Assembly (NCBI GenBank): GCA_951406725.2
Contig: OX597817.1
Coordinates: 113,336,001 to 113,400,000 of the forward strand
Origin: Octopus vulgaris
Lineage: Eukaryota
DNA: 64,000 nucleotides
Direction: 5' to 3'
In this document: positions 1 through 13,752 of the stretch, piece after piece
Numbering within the stretch: position 1 is the stretch's first letter
Layout of the letters: each line of letters begins with the position of its first letter
Program-made: the position numbers and the translations under genes
Notes under the pieces: generated by a model
Databases searched by the model: none
What the model saw: only the letters and a program-made list of their open reading frames with translations
What the model was told of the DNA's origin: nothing

Positions 1-848
1 ACATAATAACAGGCTAATCAGATATGAGATAATAACAATTCAAAGTAATTTACTGTGAAAAAAAAGCTTTTGTGTGTTCGCAGAGAATATTACCCTCAGC
101 AGCGCGAATAAGTCACTAACCAAAATAAGTGGATCTATTGTTTAGGAGAATACTATTTACTTGTTTAAGGGTTGTATTGGATAAATTGAGAAAATAACTA
201 AAATAGTTCAAATACTAAGTAATAAGCATACTGAAAATAAATGGGTTATTTCCCTTGGTGGTTATTTCCAGGAGGGAATGGGTTATTTCCCCTGGAAGCT
301 TAAAACTCATTACTCTCACCATTCACTCACACCCAAATGTTATTCCTCCTGCCGTTTACCCAAACATTTTTTCAAAATCAGTTTATACTTAAAACCTCCC
401 CAGACACATAAGCAATGTGCATGTAAAGTTTAAGAAAAATCGGTTAAGCCATTTTGGCACAAAACAAGGACATACCGATACATACACACACAGACAGACG
501 TTTTCAGTTTTAATATGTAAGATACATAAATAGAGGTATGATGGACATTTTAAAATTACTTAACATAAGATTCACACATCCTATATATCATATAGTAGTT
601 TATTTAGTAAATTAGAACATATATATAACATATATATTGCTCTTCTTTTCTTTATTTTCTTTTACTTGTTCCAGTGTCCCATGCTGGGGCCACTGCCTAG
701 AAGAATTTTAGAATTTTAGTTGAATGAATTGACCCCAGTACTTATCTTTTTTAAACCTTGTACTTATTATATTGGTCTCTTTTGCTGAACTGCTAAGTTA
801 CATGGTTAAACTATTTTAAAAATGCATAATTTATAAAATTAAACCACG

Positions 849-908
849 GGTGCAAAAGATGATATGGTGCAAAAGATGATATGGTGCAAAAGATGATATG
901 GTGCAAAA
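849..908 (+). repeat. 17-bp tandem repeat (GGTGCAAAAGATGATAT) x about 3.5
   Basis: Directly visible perfect tandem copies. Confidence 0.9.
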
Positions 909-2430
909 TGGGCTTGGCAGGCAAAGTGTTAAATTTAGATGAGATGTGAAATGGAATCATGTTATACCTGTACCTCTCACAGGAATATTAGCAAATCTAA
1001 GTGAAATGAAATACCTAAGTAAAAACTATTTTGCTACATGCTTATAATTTTTTTTTCTGTAAATGGTGTTATTCACATAAGCTTTGAGAAGAAAGTGGTA
1101 AAATAAAGTAGAATTTCTTTGTTGTTATATAATCAATGAATGAGGAGTCAATATGCAAGACTACTAAATGCATGGTCATAGTTCAGATATCATTATACCT
1201 CATTGGAAAAAATAACAGGATCCACTCCTACTTCGTGATTGAGTGTTTGACAGTAAAAAAAAGCAGCCAACAATTAATCCAGTTGCTCCAACAAGGATAC
1301 CATCACACCTCATCATCATTGTTTTGGCGACCACTTTTCTATGCTTGCAAGGATCAGATGAAGTTTACTGAGGCAGATTTTCTACTGCTGGAAGCCTTTC
1401 CTGTCACCAATTCCCACTTGTTTCCAAGCAAGGTAATATTTCTTCGTAGACAAACATGTTCTTGCAGAATACTTGAAATGAATGACACTTTTTGTATGAC
1501 AGTGACTTCAAGACAAGGAGATACAAACACACACATACACACACAACAGGCTTCTTTCAGTTTTTGTCAACCAAATCCTCTCAATAGGTTTTGGTTGGCC
1601 TAGAGTTATTGTAGAAGATACTTGCCCAAGGCACCACACAGTGGAACTGAATCCAGAACCATTTGGCTGGGAAGTAAACTTCTTACTGCACAGCCATACC
1701 AGTACCTATGCATGTAAAAAAGAATTAACGTAAAAACTATGAAAGAATTTTATGTGATACATGCATTGAAATTTGTCTTGATAAGCTAAAAAGCTAACTA
1801 GACACCACATGTGACACAAAAGGACTGTAAAAAACAACATAATAGCTATAAATTACCGACTAGGTAAAGCTAGTTTCAGTAACTTGCTTGTAGATCCTTC
1901 AGTCAGAAAGCACACCACACTAGATCAACTGTTGTACTGTCATGTTGTACCATCATGTAGGATGAACAAAAACAGTCATTTTTTTTTTTGTTCACCCTAC
2001 ATCCAGAGGGAGAGCTAAATGGATTTGTGGTAGTATAGATATCATTACTAACGATGTGTATGGCTCAAGAGCATAGTCATTCGTTATAAAGGCTTTGCAG
2101 ATTGAATGGAACAGTACAAATTATTTTCTAAGCAAACCATTCATAACACTGTGTAACATGATTTTTGCCCTTGGGTAGTAACAATTATTTCCTATTTCCT
2201 TGCCCTTAGAAAGTATGAAAAATGGCTAATATTTCCTTCAAACTTTGCTTTTCTTTCCTTTTTTAAAACCCAAAAAATCTCCCTCAACACATAGCTGTGA
2301 TGCTCCCTCATCATTCCTGCTCATGATCAGAGATGCACATATTGTCAGCCACTAAGAGACATGTTCAAGTGGTTAAGCTCAAGCAACTGACAAGTAAATC
2401 TGTGGTATTGAGCAGAGTATTTACTATAAC

Positions 2431-2677
2431 TATAAGTATTTATAGGGCAGCGAGCTGGCAGAAACGTTAGCGCGCCGGGTGAAATGCTTCGCGGTATTTC
2501 GTCTGTCGTTACATTCTGAGTTCAAATTCCACCGAGGTCGACTTTGCCTTTCATCCTTTCGGGGGTCGATAAATAAAGTAACAGTTTCGCACTGGGGTCG
2601 ATATAATCGACTTAATCCGTTTGTCTGTCCTTGTTTGTCCCTTCTATGTTTAACCCCTTGTGGGTAGTAAAGAAATA
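2431..2677 (+). mobile_element. tRNA-derived SINE (family A) with 13-bp target-site duplication
   Basis: Head GGCAGCGAGCTGGCAGAAACGTTAGC..GAGTTCAAATTCC (A/B-box-like); TSD TATTTACTATAAC at 2418-2430 and 2678-2690. Related copies at about 13760-13930(-), 13985-14212(-), 14690-14875(-), 27868-28075(+) and 29775-29973(-). Confidence 0.85.
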
Positions 2678-3200
2678 TATTTACTATAACAATATTTCTG
2701 CTTCAGCAACTCAGTGCTGAATCCATCCGAAATATATTAGAAAATTGATTAGTTTCAAAACATTGATGTCTAAGTCAAAAAAGCAATGTTTGAAGGAAAT
2801 AGTAGTCATTTCCTTGATTTCTAGACAGAAGTAAATAAGAAGCAACACTTACTGAATAAAGACAAAAACCAAATACAAATTTTGATACAGTAATTTTACT
2901 CTGCCTTAAACCATAAAAGAACCTTTTAAATTACCTCATTATGTTGTCTAATTAAATTTGAGTAGTTTCAAATTGCTGAGTAAATAGCATATTGGATTTT
3001 TGACTGAAGTTTCATGAATGCATGATATGTCATTGATATTTTCCTTTCTCTTGGGTAAATCATTGAAAAGTCTGCAAGAATGGTAACAGAGAAATGATGA
3101 GATCTGTGTATGGTGGGGTGGGGAGGATTGATATGATGGTGCTGTGTCAAAGTGGAGTCTGAAAAGTAATTAGGTAGCTTTAAGGTAAGATTCTCTGATA

Positions 3201-3785
3201 GTAGTTAGTTAGTTAGTTAATTTGGCTCAAAAGCAAATAGCAAGGCCATGTAGGGGGACATAGAGTTAAGTACAGGGTGGTGTTCATGTAAAGAGTTCAG
3301 GCCACTTGAGGTCCAGGGAGGCTTTGAACAAAGCGGTCGTCGGCATCTTCACCATCTCGTCTGGCAGCTGGTTCCACGGATCCGCAACCCGGACGGAGAA
3401 AGCTCCTCTCCTTCGATTGAGATGAAATCGTCGCAGGTAGAGCTTTTCGGAATGACCCCGCAGCCGACGCTCTGGAGCAGGAGTGAAGAACAGCTCTTTT
3501 GAGAGGTTACACTTTCCGCTTATGATGTTGTGGGCGAGAATGAGATCACCACGGCGGCGGCGTTTTTCAAGAGAATAAAGGTCGAGCGTCCTCAGCCTTT
3601 CTTCGTAGGACAAATTTTTGAGACCATGCACCATGCGGGTAGCCAGCTTCTGGACTCTTTCGAGATGCTGTATGTCTTTGAGGAGATAAGGAGAAGAGGC
3701 TTGAATCCCATACTCCAATATGGGTCTCACCAGCGTGACATAGAGTGGTAGGAATATGGCTGCTGTGAGCATTCCGAATGACCAA
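3201..3785 (-). mobile_element. 5'-truncated CR1-like LINE (RT C-terminus, 3' UTR and (TAAC)n tail)
   Basis: ORF LYVTLVRPILEYG..SPYL.KDIQHLERVQKLATRMV.GL..LSYEERL..L.LYSLEKRRRRGDLI is typical of the CR1 ORF2 end; tandem tail at about 3201-3220. Confidence 0.9.
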
Positions 3786-4399
3786 ATTAATATTGATTTC
3801 ACTAATGATATCAATGTCAAGAGATATACAACTCATGGAGTTAAACCTCTTCAAAATTTTAAGGAAATAATGCTGGAATGTAGTTTCTCATTATTTTCTC
3901 CAGACCTTCGTGGAGAATTGAACTCAGCCCTGTCAGCTAACAAAGCACTTTGTTAATAATATAGTGCTCCTGCTTACTTCTAACAGCTCAGAACTGTGCC
4001 TACTGTATAGTAAATAATCACAATAGTTTTTTATTGTTGTTTATCTTGTTTAGTTAACCTTAAGTTAGCCTTAACCAAGTAGGTCAAAGATGTTCCAGCC
4101 ATGACCATCTTTTTGTACATCTAGGTCTATATCGTCTAATGCATCCATTCTCTTCAAGACAGTAGGGTGTGATTTGAGGGAGGTTTAGTTGTTATTTCCA
4201 GAAGGTTGAACAACTGCCAAGAAGTTTCTTTGTTGAATCAACTTATTTGAATTTGGATAAAGTAGGTATAATGGGACTAGAAGGTTCCTGATACCTGTGG
4301 AGTATCTCCTTCTCCCATTACAATTATTTTTTTGTTGTCTTAGGATTCTGGAACTCGAAGAAGAAGAGGCTTACAAGCGAGTGCAATTCAATGGTTGTT

Positions 4400-4795
4400 T
4401 ATTTGGTTCTCATTTCATGGGGTTTGCTCCCGGCAACCATCTGTATGTCAGCATGTAGTTTGTTAGCTCCATTCGCGTGAGGTACATTACCTCTGAAGAT
4501 AATGGCTAAAGTTAGAGCAGGGTTAAGAATATGTTGTGAGCTGCTAGGTGGCAGTGTTGTTCAATGTGAGTGCCAACGCGAGCAAAGAGGATGGATTGCT
4601 CAATACACCTCCTTAAATAGATGTTGCTCACGAGAGCCTCACTGTGGTCTTGCACATGGCAAACATGGTTGTAGGTGAGATCTCGCTGTTGTCTCGGACC
4701 TGGCAATGGCTGCTGGCAAGACCTCGTACAAAATGGTGCTGGCTTCTTGTGTCACGCTACAGAGGTTTCCCCCTGAGAATGCCAGTGTGAAAATT
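4400..4795 (-). mobile_element. Degenerate Gypsy gag-like fragment
   Basis: Frameshifted residues resembling WFSQ.E..TQEA(KYHFV)..LPAAIA.QVRD on the minus strand; heavily decayed and assembled by eye. Confidence 0.5.
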
Positions 4796-5020
4796 AGAAT
4801 GACTGGAGTATGTACAACAAAGCAAAGATGGCTACCAATCACAAACAACAAGATGTGGTACAAAATATAATGCAAAATGTAAAATTGAGAAAAAATAATT
4901 ACAAGCAATATAAAAGGAGCATGCACAAAATATTATTTTACAGAGTTGAATGACAAAGCATTGGTATTGTTCAGCACACAAGAAACAATTGTCTGTTACA
5001 GGAAGAAAAAGGAAAAAAAG

Positions 5021-6145
5021 TTAGATGTAAATAGTTCTAGTGAGTTTTTTGGGCCAATGCACAGTGCGGCTTGTCCTGATGACATAGGGTTTGTTCGTGT
5101 TATGTAGTGGCGATGAAGGTGGAGGTGTAGGTGATGGTGTGGTCAAAGGTGCATGTGCAGGTGGATGTGTAGGTGGTTGTAAAGTATCAAAGGTGGGCGT
5201 GTTTGGGGTGTCATCGAATGGTGTGGACACCTCAAAATGTGCCCTTTTAAGTCTGTTGACTGACATGGTCTCTGCCCAACCATTGATGTTGAGACTAAAA
5301 GTTTTGGGTGTGCGCGGCAGCACACAAAATGGTCCCTTATAAGGAGAGTTGGGAGGTCTCTTGACAGAATCATCCTGAACAAAAACGTAAGTCCATTTGT
5401 CAATGTCTGGTGGGACGTGAGAGAGAATAGACTGGTCACGTGGATGCATGGGTGGAAGAATTGAGAAATACAAGCGAAATCTGGTTACATACATTATTTC
5501 CTTCTTAATTGACTCAAACGAAAATAATGCCTCGGCAGATAGATTAATAGGAGCATTGCTTTTTGTATTTGCTTTCAGTAGTCAATAGATGTAACTTGTC
5601 TGCACATTTATGTATGAAGTATCTATAGAAGTTGATGATTGGCGTAGAGAAGTGGGAGGTGAGATGCATTGAATTGCATCTACTTTGGAAAAGAGAAGTC
5701 TGATACCATTCGAGTTGATATAATGCCCCAGAAATTCCAGAGAGGCTTGCCCGAAAACACACTTATTGGAGCTGATTCACACATTGTAGGTATGAAGGCA
5801 CTGAAAAAGTTGAGATAAGTGTTGGAGATGATTTTCATGTGTGTCGCTAGCTATGAGCAAATCATCGACATAAGCGAACACAAAGTCAAGTCCAGGGACA
5901 ACTTCATCAATAAACCTCTGGAATGTACTCATTGCATACCGAAAACTGAAGCTCATAAACAGGATCTCAAAACTTCCAAAGTGGGTGGTAACAGCAGTTT
6001 TGAGAATGTCGTCAGGGTTCATTGGAATCTGATGATAAGCCCGGATGAGGTCAACCTTGGAAAAAATGGTAAAACCATGCAAGTTCAAAGAAAAATCCTG
6101 GAGATTCTTTATAGGATAGCGATTGGGAACAGTGACCACATTTGT
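5021..6145 (-). mobile_element. Internally deleted Ty3/Gypsy pol pseudogene
   Basis: RT motifs [15 protein letters not shown] and [10 protein letters not shown], then KCVFGQASLEFLGH after a frameshift. The RT connection region joins directly to the integrase C-terminal GPY/F region (PYKGPF..SVNRLKRAH); RNase H and integrase core are missing. Confidence 0.88.
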
Positions 6146-7423
6146 GTCATGCTACATTGCACTGTACTGATACCTGGATATGAAGTGATATACTGACTTC
6201 CTAATGATTCAGCCATTACATTGTGAAAAACAATTGCAGCTCCTCTAACATTAGTGATAATGAAGCCTTTACATGGTTACTAGAAGTAGCAGTCAAATAT
6301 AGCTCATCTTGGTGTCTCAAAAAAAAAAAAAAGAAAGGACACATTGGATAATGCGGCCCTTAATACACTATGCTTGAATAAAAGAAAGGACATGGTTGAT
6401 CATATGTGTGCAAAATCAGGGCTGGCCTGTGGCTAAGCAACTGAATTATGGCATATGTAAGATCATGATAAAATGATGGAATGCCATGAGAATTTGTTTG
6501 GTTTTGCATGCAACAAAAATGTTTGCTTCACTTGTAGCTTTCCACACAACTGAAATAGGTCAATATTTGTAAAACAAAGCAGTATGGAAGTTAAAATATA
6601 AATATAGTATTAAATCATATTTCAAATGTTCAAATACATTCTAATGTGAGAAGACCATCCGCTGCAGAAATAATCTTAGGACTATAGTCTCCTAGATAAT
6701 ATCTGAAAATATATTGGACAGTGAATGGATTGTAGGATGCATGCATTTCTGTGTTCTTTCACATCATCAACTATGAACACCAAATCATCATTCACAGCCC
6801 AGTAAAAACAAGCATGGGTATGTTTGCTTGTGTGTGTAAAGCTTAATCAAGCTATAATTAAAGACACTCAAAGCAGTGTCAAATAAAATATATGCATGTG
6901 AAGTTATATTTAAAATGTCTAAGAACATATGAACCTGGGAAAATAGAGAACATATGAACCTGCAGTGAAAATAGTCCCAAGAGAAAATTCTTTTCTTAGA
7001 CAACTTTTCTTAGTCAAAATCAACCTAATTTAATAATGGAAATATTGGGCATATCAAATTTTTTTTCATTCAGAACTAGAATCCAATCTAATTGCTCCAT
7101 AAAATATTGGAAGTTATCACTATTGGCAATTATTAGACATTAAATCAAAATAAATATCATCCATGACTAAGCATAATATACTTCTAGACCCGAAAAATCA
7201 AAGGATTTGTAATTCAATATCTCAGTAAGAAAATTCAGCAATTAGTTCATCTTAGTATTCTTTCTGCTGCTGTTTTGGATACCTACTCACAAATTTGTTC
7301 CAGTCTAGTGGCCATAAGGCACCCAGTACACTCTACAAAATCATTGGTAATAGGAAGGGCATCCAGCTATAGAAAGCATGCATACATACATCATTCTCAT
7401 CAATAAAGATGGTGATGAGGATA

Positions 7424-7459
<36 letters not shown>

Positions 7460-8339
7460 CATTGTCATCATCATCACCATCATTGTTATCAGCCTAACTT
7501 TATGTCAGCTTTTCTATGCTGGCTTGCTGTGGATGGATTGTCACCAACAGTCAGTTCTTAATTGGAGTAATTTCACTCATTAACAAGTAGAGGACTATAT
7601 GCTGCTTGAATATTCTATTTTTGGCATGTTTTTCTACAGCTGGATACCCTACCTATTGCCAAAGACTTTGTAGAGTGTACTGGATGCATTATGGCTGCTG
7701 GACTGAAACAAATTTTTGAGTAGGTATGCAAAACAGTAACAGAAATAATACTGAGAACTAGTAAGTTCAAAATGCATCCATTGGTTTAATAGCGGGTTCT
7801 GAAAAGGTGCTTTAACACCTTCTTGTCTTAAGCAAGACATTTTTCTCCTTGACAAACTGCAGTGACAAGCTCTTACAGATTTATTACCTCTCAGACATAT
7901 TTGAACTGTTCTTAACCCTTTTGTTATCATATCTGTTGAAATACATTGCCATTGTTTCAATAAATTTAGAAAATAATGAAACATTTAGTAAAATAACTTA
8001 GCTATTATTAAGCTGGTGTTTGGGAAATAAATGAACATGAAATTTTGATGGGTAAACGCAATATCATTGTAAAATATTGTTATCCTATCTATTTTTATAT
8101 GTAGTGAAAAGGGTGACATTATAGTCACCCTTTTCATGAAAGATGAACAAAAGAAGCGTATTGTTTGTTTATATATAACATGCAGTTACAATTTCAAATA
8201 TTCTTACATACAAAATGAAAGTGAAGTGAGCAAGCCTATATGTAGATATTTAATAGATGTAGATATTTAATAATATTTAATTTAATTTTAATATTACTTA
8301 TGTTGAAGAGATAAATACTAAGAGTATACTTACCATTAT

Positions 8340-9065
8340 TAAAGCAATGGGCACACCTACAGAAGTGTGTCACCCTGCTGTCCCAAGTTTCTTTCCTCAT
8401 AACTTCCAGAAAAATGGATATTTTGTAGTGAAATTTTCTACAAATACATTTCAGATGATGTAGATTCTGATTATATCAAAATTTATTGTGACAAAAATTT
8501 TCCATCGCTAGGGAGTGGAGTTTCAGAAAATACAAGCTGACTTTGTTTTCTCATAACTTTCGGAAAAACGAGTATTTTTAAATGAAATTTTCTACAAATG
8601 TCTTTCAGAGTGTGTAGATTACGATTATACCAGAGTTTGATGTGAAAAGAAAAATTATGAGCGCACACATACATACTGTCACACATCACAATTTTTTTGA
8701 AAACTTTCAAGTTTCCTTTAGTAGATATATGTGAAGAGCATCAATATGTATGTGCATGAGGCCCCAACTTTGTTTTTCCAGTTAAATTCTGATATAATTG
8801 TAACCTACAGATTCTGAAAGGTATTTAGAAAATATATCCATTTTTTGAAAGTTATGATGAAATTTAGCCAACTTGTGTGAATCTTCTGAGACGTCTCTTC
8901 CAACTCACTCAAAAATGTTTTCACAACAAATTCTGATGCAATCGAAATCTACACCATCTAAAGCGTATTTGTAGAAAATTTCATTTAAACATATCCATTT
9001 TTCTGGAAGTTATGAGGAAACAAATTTGGCAGGAGGTATACAAGTATAGGTATGCCATGCAATGA
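8340..9065. mobile_element. Foldback/MITE-like element with long modular inverted repeats
   Basis: 8392-8421 is the perfect reverse complement of 8991-9020; each arm has two related subunits (about 8392/8550 and about 8785/8930). Confidence 0.65.
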
Positions 9066-9330
9066 AATATTGATTCTTTGTTGAATGCTGGCAAAGTATG
9101 CAACAGTTGGAAATGTAAAATTTAAAGCAGACAACTATAAGATGACATATTGCAAAGCAGTTGTTAACAGAACAAGCATTTAATATTTAAAAAATTGATG
9201 AATAAATGATGAATATTATCTGAAAAAAGGTTACTATATATCATTGCGCATGCATTACTGGAAGATCATAGTAACATGTATTTTTTAAAATCATATTAAA
9301 GATATATATATGTATATATGTGTGTGTTTA

Positions 9331-9375
<45 letters not shown>

Positions 9376-9708
9376 AACACTCGCGGAGTGGTTGGTGTTA
9401 GGAAGGGCATCCAGCCATAGAAACTCTGCCAGATCAGACTGGAGCCTGGAGCAGCCCCTGGCTTCCCAGACCCCGGTTGAACCGTCCAACCCGTGCTAGC
9501 GCAGAAAACAGACGTTAAACGATGATGAATGAATGATGATGAAACATGTGTGTGTGTGTGTCTAGAAAGAGAGAGAGAGAGAAACAATTATAAGTTACAT
9601 CAGTTAAAGTAGTTATTTGCTATTAAACAGTGTATCTGCTTGTGTGCATATATATATGCATGAGTGTATGTACTTATGTATACAGACACAGTTTTATATA
9701 CATATATA

Positions 9709-12700
9709 TTGGGTCACCCCATAAATAATGTAGTTTTTTCAATTGCATGAACTAAAAGTCGGGGTGGGGGACGGGATAAACTACCTGCATCAACTTGTTA
9801 TAAAAGCAGGTAGTAATATTACCTTGTTCTTATTCTTAGTGCAAGTTTTGAAGAATACAGTTCAATTTTAACAGTTATTTTTTCAAAGCTATAATGGAAG
9901 TGACAAAATGGCATATTCAGCATATTTTGCTTTATGAGTTCAATAAAGGCAACAATGCAACAGAAAGTGCGAGGAATATTAATGCAGTAGATGGGGATCA
10001 GACAATAAGTGTAAGCCAGTGTCAATGGTGGTTCCAGAAATTCCAAGCTAGAAACTACAGCCTAGAAGACAAGGCTCTTCCTGAAAGATCTGTAGAACTC
10101 AACGAGGATGTCCTGCAAATCCTGGTGGAACAAAATCACATCATAACTGTTGAGGAACTAGCAGAGAAGCTTGGATTTGGTCACTCAACCGTTCATTAAC
10201 ACCTGCATGCCATCAGAAAAGTCAGCAAATTGGGTCAATGGGTTCTCTATAAAAATGCCAAGCACTGAAGACAGTGGGTAGGGAAAGGAAAAACACCGGC
10301 ACCCCAGGCTAAAGAAGGTCTTCACCCACATAAGGTGTTGTTATCTGTTTGGAGGGATATGAAATTTTTAGTCCACTTTGAACTTTTAAACCCAAACCAA
10401 ACAATAACAAAGGAGATCTACTGTGAGCAGCTTAAGTCAGCACTAGAGAAAAACCACTGTCTTTGCTTTCAACATGAAACAGGTTCTTCGATCAGGCTAA
10501 TGCTCGGCCACATACAGTGAGGATGACATTCCAAGGGCTAAAGCAGTTTGAATAGGAAATGATGTCCCATCCACCATATTCGCTGGACATTGCCCCATCT
10601 GACTATCATTTAGTCAACAGTCTTCAAAAACATCAAAATCATTTGGACGGAAAAAATATGAATTCTGTAGATGAGGTCAGAATAGTACTGGAGGAGTATT
10701 TTTCATCATGGACAAGTGAATTTTGGAAGAGGAACCTTGCAAGTCTACCACAGGGATTCCCAACATGGTCCCTGGGGCCCACTGGTGGTCCCCAGAGAAT
10801 TTCTAGTGATCCCCAGTTTTGAAAAATACAGTTCAATTTTAAAAGTTATTTTTTCAAAGCTATAATGGAAGTGACAAAATGACACAGAGAATTTGTAGCC
10901 ATAAAAAAATTGAAGCCATTTCAGATCTACACAATATTGTTCGATAATAAAGACACTATTAGTTAATAATAAGTTATATGAAGACAGAATAATAATAAGA
11001 AAACAAAATTCAATAATTATTCCATAAGAATCAATAACGTATAATATATAATCAATAATATATTACAATCAAGAATTACATAATTTACATTTTACAACAG
11101 TTTCATAATAAATTTGATACTTTTAATTTATAGAAATAAAGTATTTATTACTTTTAGTTTTTTTTTTAAGATCAGTTGCAATAATGTCTGAACCAACTGC
11201 TAAAAAGGCAAAACTGAGGAACCACAAAGATTTTATCATGTTTAGTTTTGTTTCTGTAGACTCAAAACTTGTGTGTCTTGAAAGGTAGGGAATATTTTGA
11301 GAATAAAAAGTAAATACAGCCAATCAAACTACCCGACTTTTGTAAAGAAGATAAATACTGTAAAAGCAAAGTCACTCAAACCAAGTTATTTGGTCTCTGA
11401 AATTATTGCCAAGGTTGCAGAACCTCGGATTTATGGTGAGTAACTTGTCAAGCCAGCTATGATAGCTTGTGCAAATGAGGTTCTGGGAAAAGATGCTGCA
11501 TCTACTCTGAGTACAATTCCACTTTCAAATAGCACAATTTGAAGAAGACAGAATAAAATGTCTAATTTTGGTGAGAAGATTGTGAAAATTCTCCAAAAGA
11601 CAAATTTTTCTATCCAGGTTGATGAGAACACAATTCATAAACAAGCTATCCTTCTGGTCTACGTCAGATTCATCCATGAAGATGATATAAGGGAAGAAAT
11701 GATATTCATTAAAAGTTTGTCTGAAACTACTAATGGAGACGATATATTCAATGAAGCAATGCAGTATTTTAATGATAAAAATATTCCATTGACTAATTTA
11801 ATCAACATTGCATCTGATGGAGCTGCAGCCATAACTGGAAAAGTGAAAGGCTTTGTTTCTAAAATGAAATCAGTTGCTCCTCACATTTTTTATATACATT
11901 GCATTATCCACAGACAGCATTTGGTTGCTAAGAATATTGGAGGACACATGGAAGAAGCACTCAACACTGCCATACGTGCAATTAACTTTGTCAAATCAAA
12001 TTCAGTGAATAATAGATTTTTTATGCAATTCTGTGAAGATGAAGATTTTAAAACTCTATTGCTTAACACAGAAGTAAGATGGAAGTCTTGAAAGACTAGT
12101 GGATTTATGGGAACCATTAATCAACTTTGTCATCTTCAAGAGTCAGATGACTCATTACAATACCAAGAAGCAAGCTGTTTTGGAAAGACTTTCTGAGTTT
12201 AAATCAAAAATATTCTACTTGAGTGATATTTCTAAAACAGTGAATCTGCTTAACTTAGAGCTGCAAGGTAGAAAATCAGATTTGGTCACCTGTTCTCAGA
12301 AGATAAAAGGGTATATGGGGAAATTAAAATTTTGGAAAAAACAGTTTAAAAAAAAAAATTTTGGCATCATTTCAAAATTTTAACACCACAGTTCCTACAT
12401 CAGAATGCATTGCTGCATACATTACCCATCTTGAAGGTCTTCATGTAGACTTTGAGAGAAGATACAATGATTTATTAAAGATGGATTGTAGACCAACAAA
12501 ATCATGAGCCAGGAGATGAAAATTTTGAGTTGGCTGAAATGTTGTTGGATTTGAAAGAGAATATGAAACTGAGAAGAAGAGTTGCAAAAGAAGGTGTCTT
12601 TGCCTACATATCGATAAAGGAATCATACTCAAATATTTTTCGACATGTAGAAGCAAGCATCATCTCTTTCCCTACCACATGGATGGTGGAATCTGCATTT

Positions 12701-13235
12701 TCAGCTGTAGTAGATAATTTAAGTAAAAAAAGAAATAAATTAGATGTCAACAGCAGAGGAACTATCAGACTCAGATTAAATGAGTTCATTAAAATTGATT
12801 ATGATATCTTGTGTCATAAACACCAATATCAAGCTAGTCACTAACTGAATGGACTAAAAATGAACGACTTTATGAAAAATGATTTTGATATCTTTTGTTT
12901 ATCTTTGTTTACTAAAATAAATTTTAAATTTTATCTTTGGTTTGCTAAAATAAATTTGAAAGTGTAAATAGACTATTTACCTTTTCATTAAGTATCTTAG
13001 TGTGAAAATTGAACAGCATAAAGTAAAAGTAGAAGTGGTCCCTAGAAATTTTTTCAAGTAGAAAATGGTCCCTGGGCTAAAAAAGGTTGGGAACCACTGG
13101 TCTCCCAGATAGATGGAAGAGCATTGTAGAAAATGAAGGAGAGTATATTTTAGATTAGAAAAGAATTTTGTTTATCTCAATTTTGAAAAATAAAAGAAGT
13201 GTAAAAAAAACCACATTATTGATGGGATGACCCAA
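9709..13235 (+). mobile_element. Mariner transposon (decayed), interrupted by a hAT element
   Basis: About 31-bp TIRs TTGGGTCACCCCATAAATAATG / CATTATTGATGGGATGACCCAA with TA TSD. Transposase remnants ILLYEFNKGNNATESARNI and HPPYSLDIAPSDYHL; LASLP resumes as DRWKSIVENEGEYI after the insert. Confidence 0.93.
10751..13099 (+). mobile_element. hAT (Buster/Charlie-like) transposon nested in the mariner
   Basis: TIRs CAGGGATTCCCAAC / GTTGGGAACCACTG; 8-bp TSD GTCTACCA / GTCTCCCA. Transposase fragments FSIQVDE, ASDGAAAITG, HCIIHRQHL, TEVRW and FPTTWMVESAFS, broken by stops and frameshifts. Confidence 0.94.
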
Positions 13236-13715
13236 TATATATTCATATATGAATATAAGATCCAGGGATTGAGGTGTTGGAAGAAAGTTAGCTTCAAGCA
13301 ATCCATAATAAATATAATAAACAACTTTCAGGGACAAAAGTGGTTTATTGAAATGGAAAGTTGTGGATTTTACTCAGGCTATCTTGATTAAATGAAAGTT
13401 TACACTGTCACAAGAAGGTACATGTTTACACATAGAAGATTCAATCAGAATGTACCTACTTGGCGACAATGTAAAATTTCATTTAATCAAGATATTCTTG
13501 GCCTGAAGAGTAGCCTGTGGTACACACCTTGTTTGGATATTTACCACTTCTGAGGTTCTGCTTGCTATGAAACATATGTAGCCCCCCAGATCTTATCTAT
13601 TCCATTCCTTAACTTTTGTGTGTGTATATGTATATATACATATACATACATATATATATATATATATTGTTATATTTCGGAATGGTCATATTGCCAGTTT
13701 AGCCAATATTTAAAC

Positions 13716-13752
<37 letters not shown>

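Noticed and set aside
1136-1603. 155-aa ORF and the many other short ORFs in the track
   Set aside because: They overlap SINEs, microsatellites or TE antisense strands and show no recognisable domain.
1861-1910. Other CTGA..GAAAC motifs (about 1870-1905 minus, 19898 and 40880)
   Set aside because: Core boxes or flanking stems are too degenerate to call hammerheads by eye.
2935-3071. Exon-like segment on the minus strand with good AG and GT sites
   Set aside because: All three frames contain stops before the donor and no protein similarity is recognisable.
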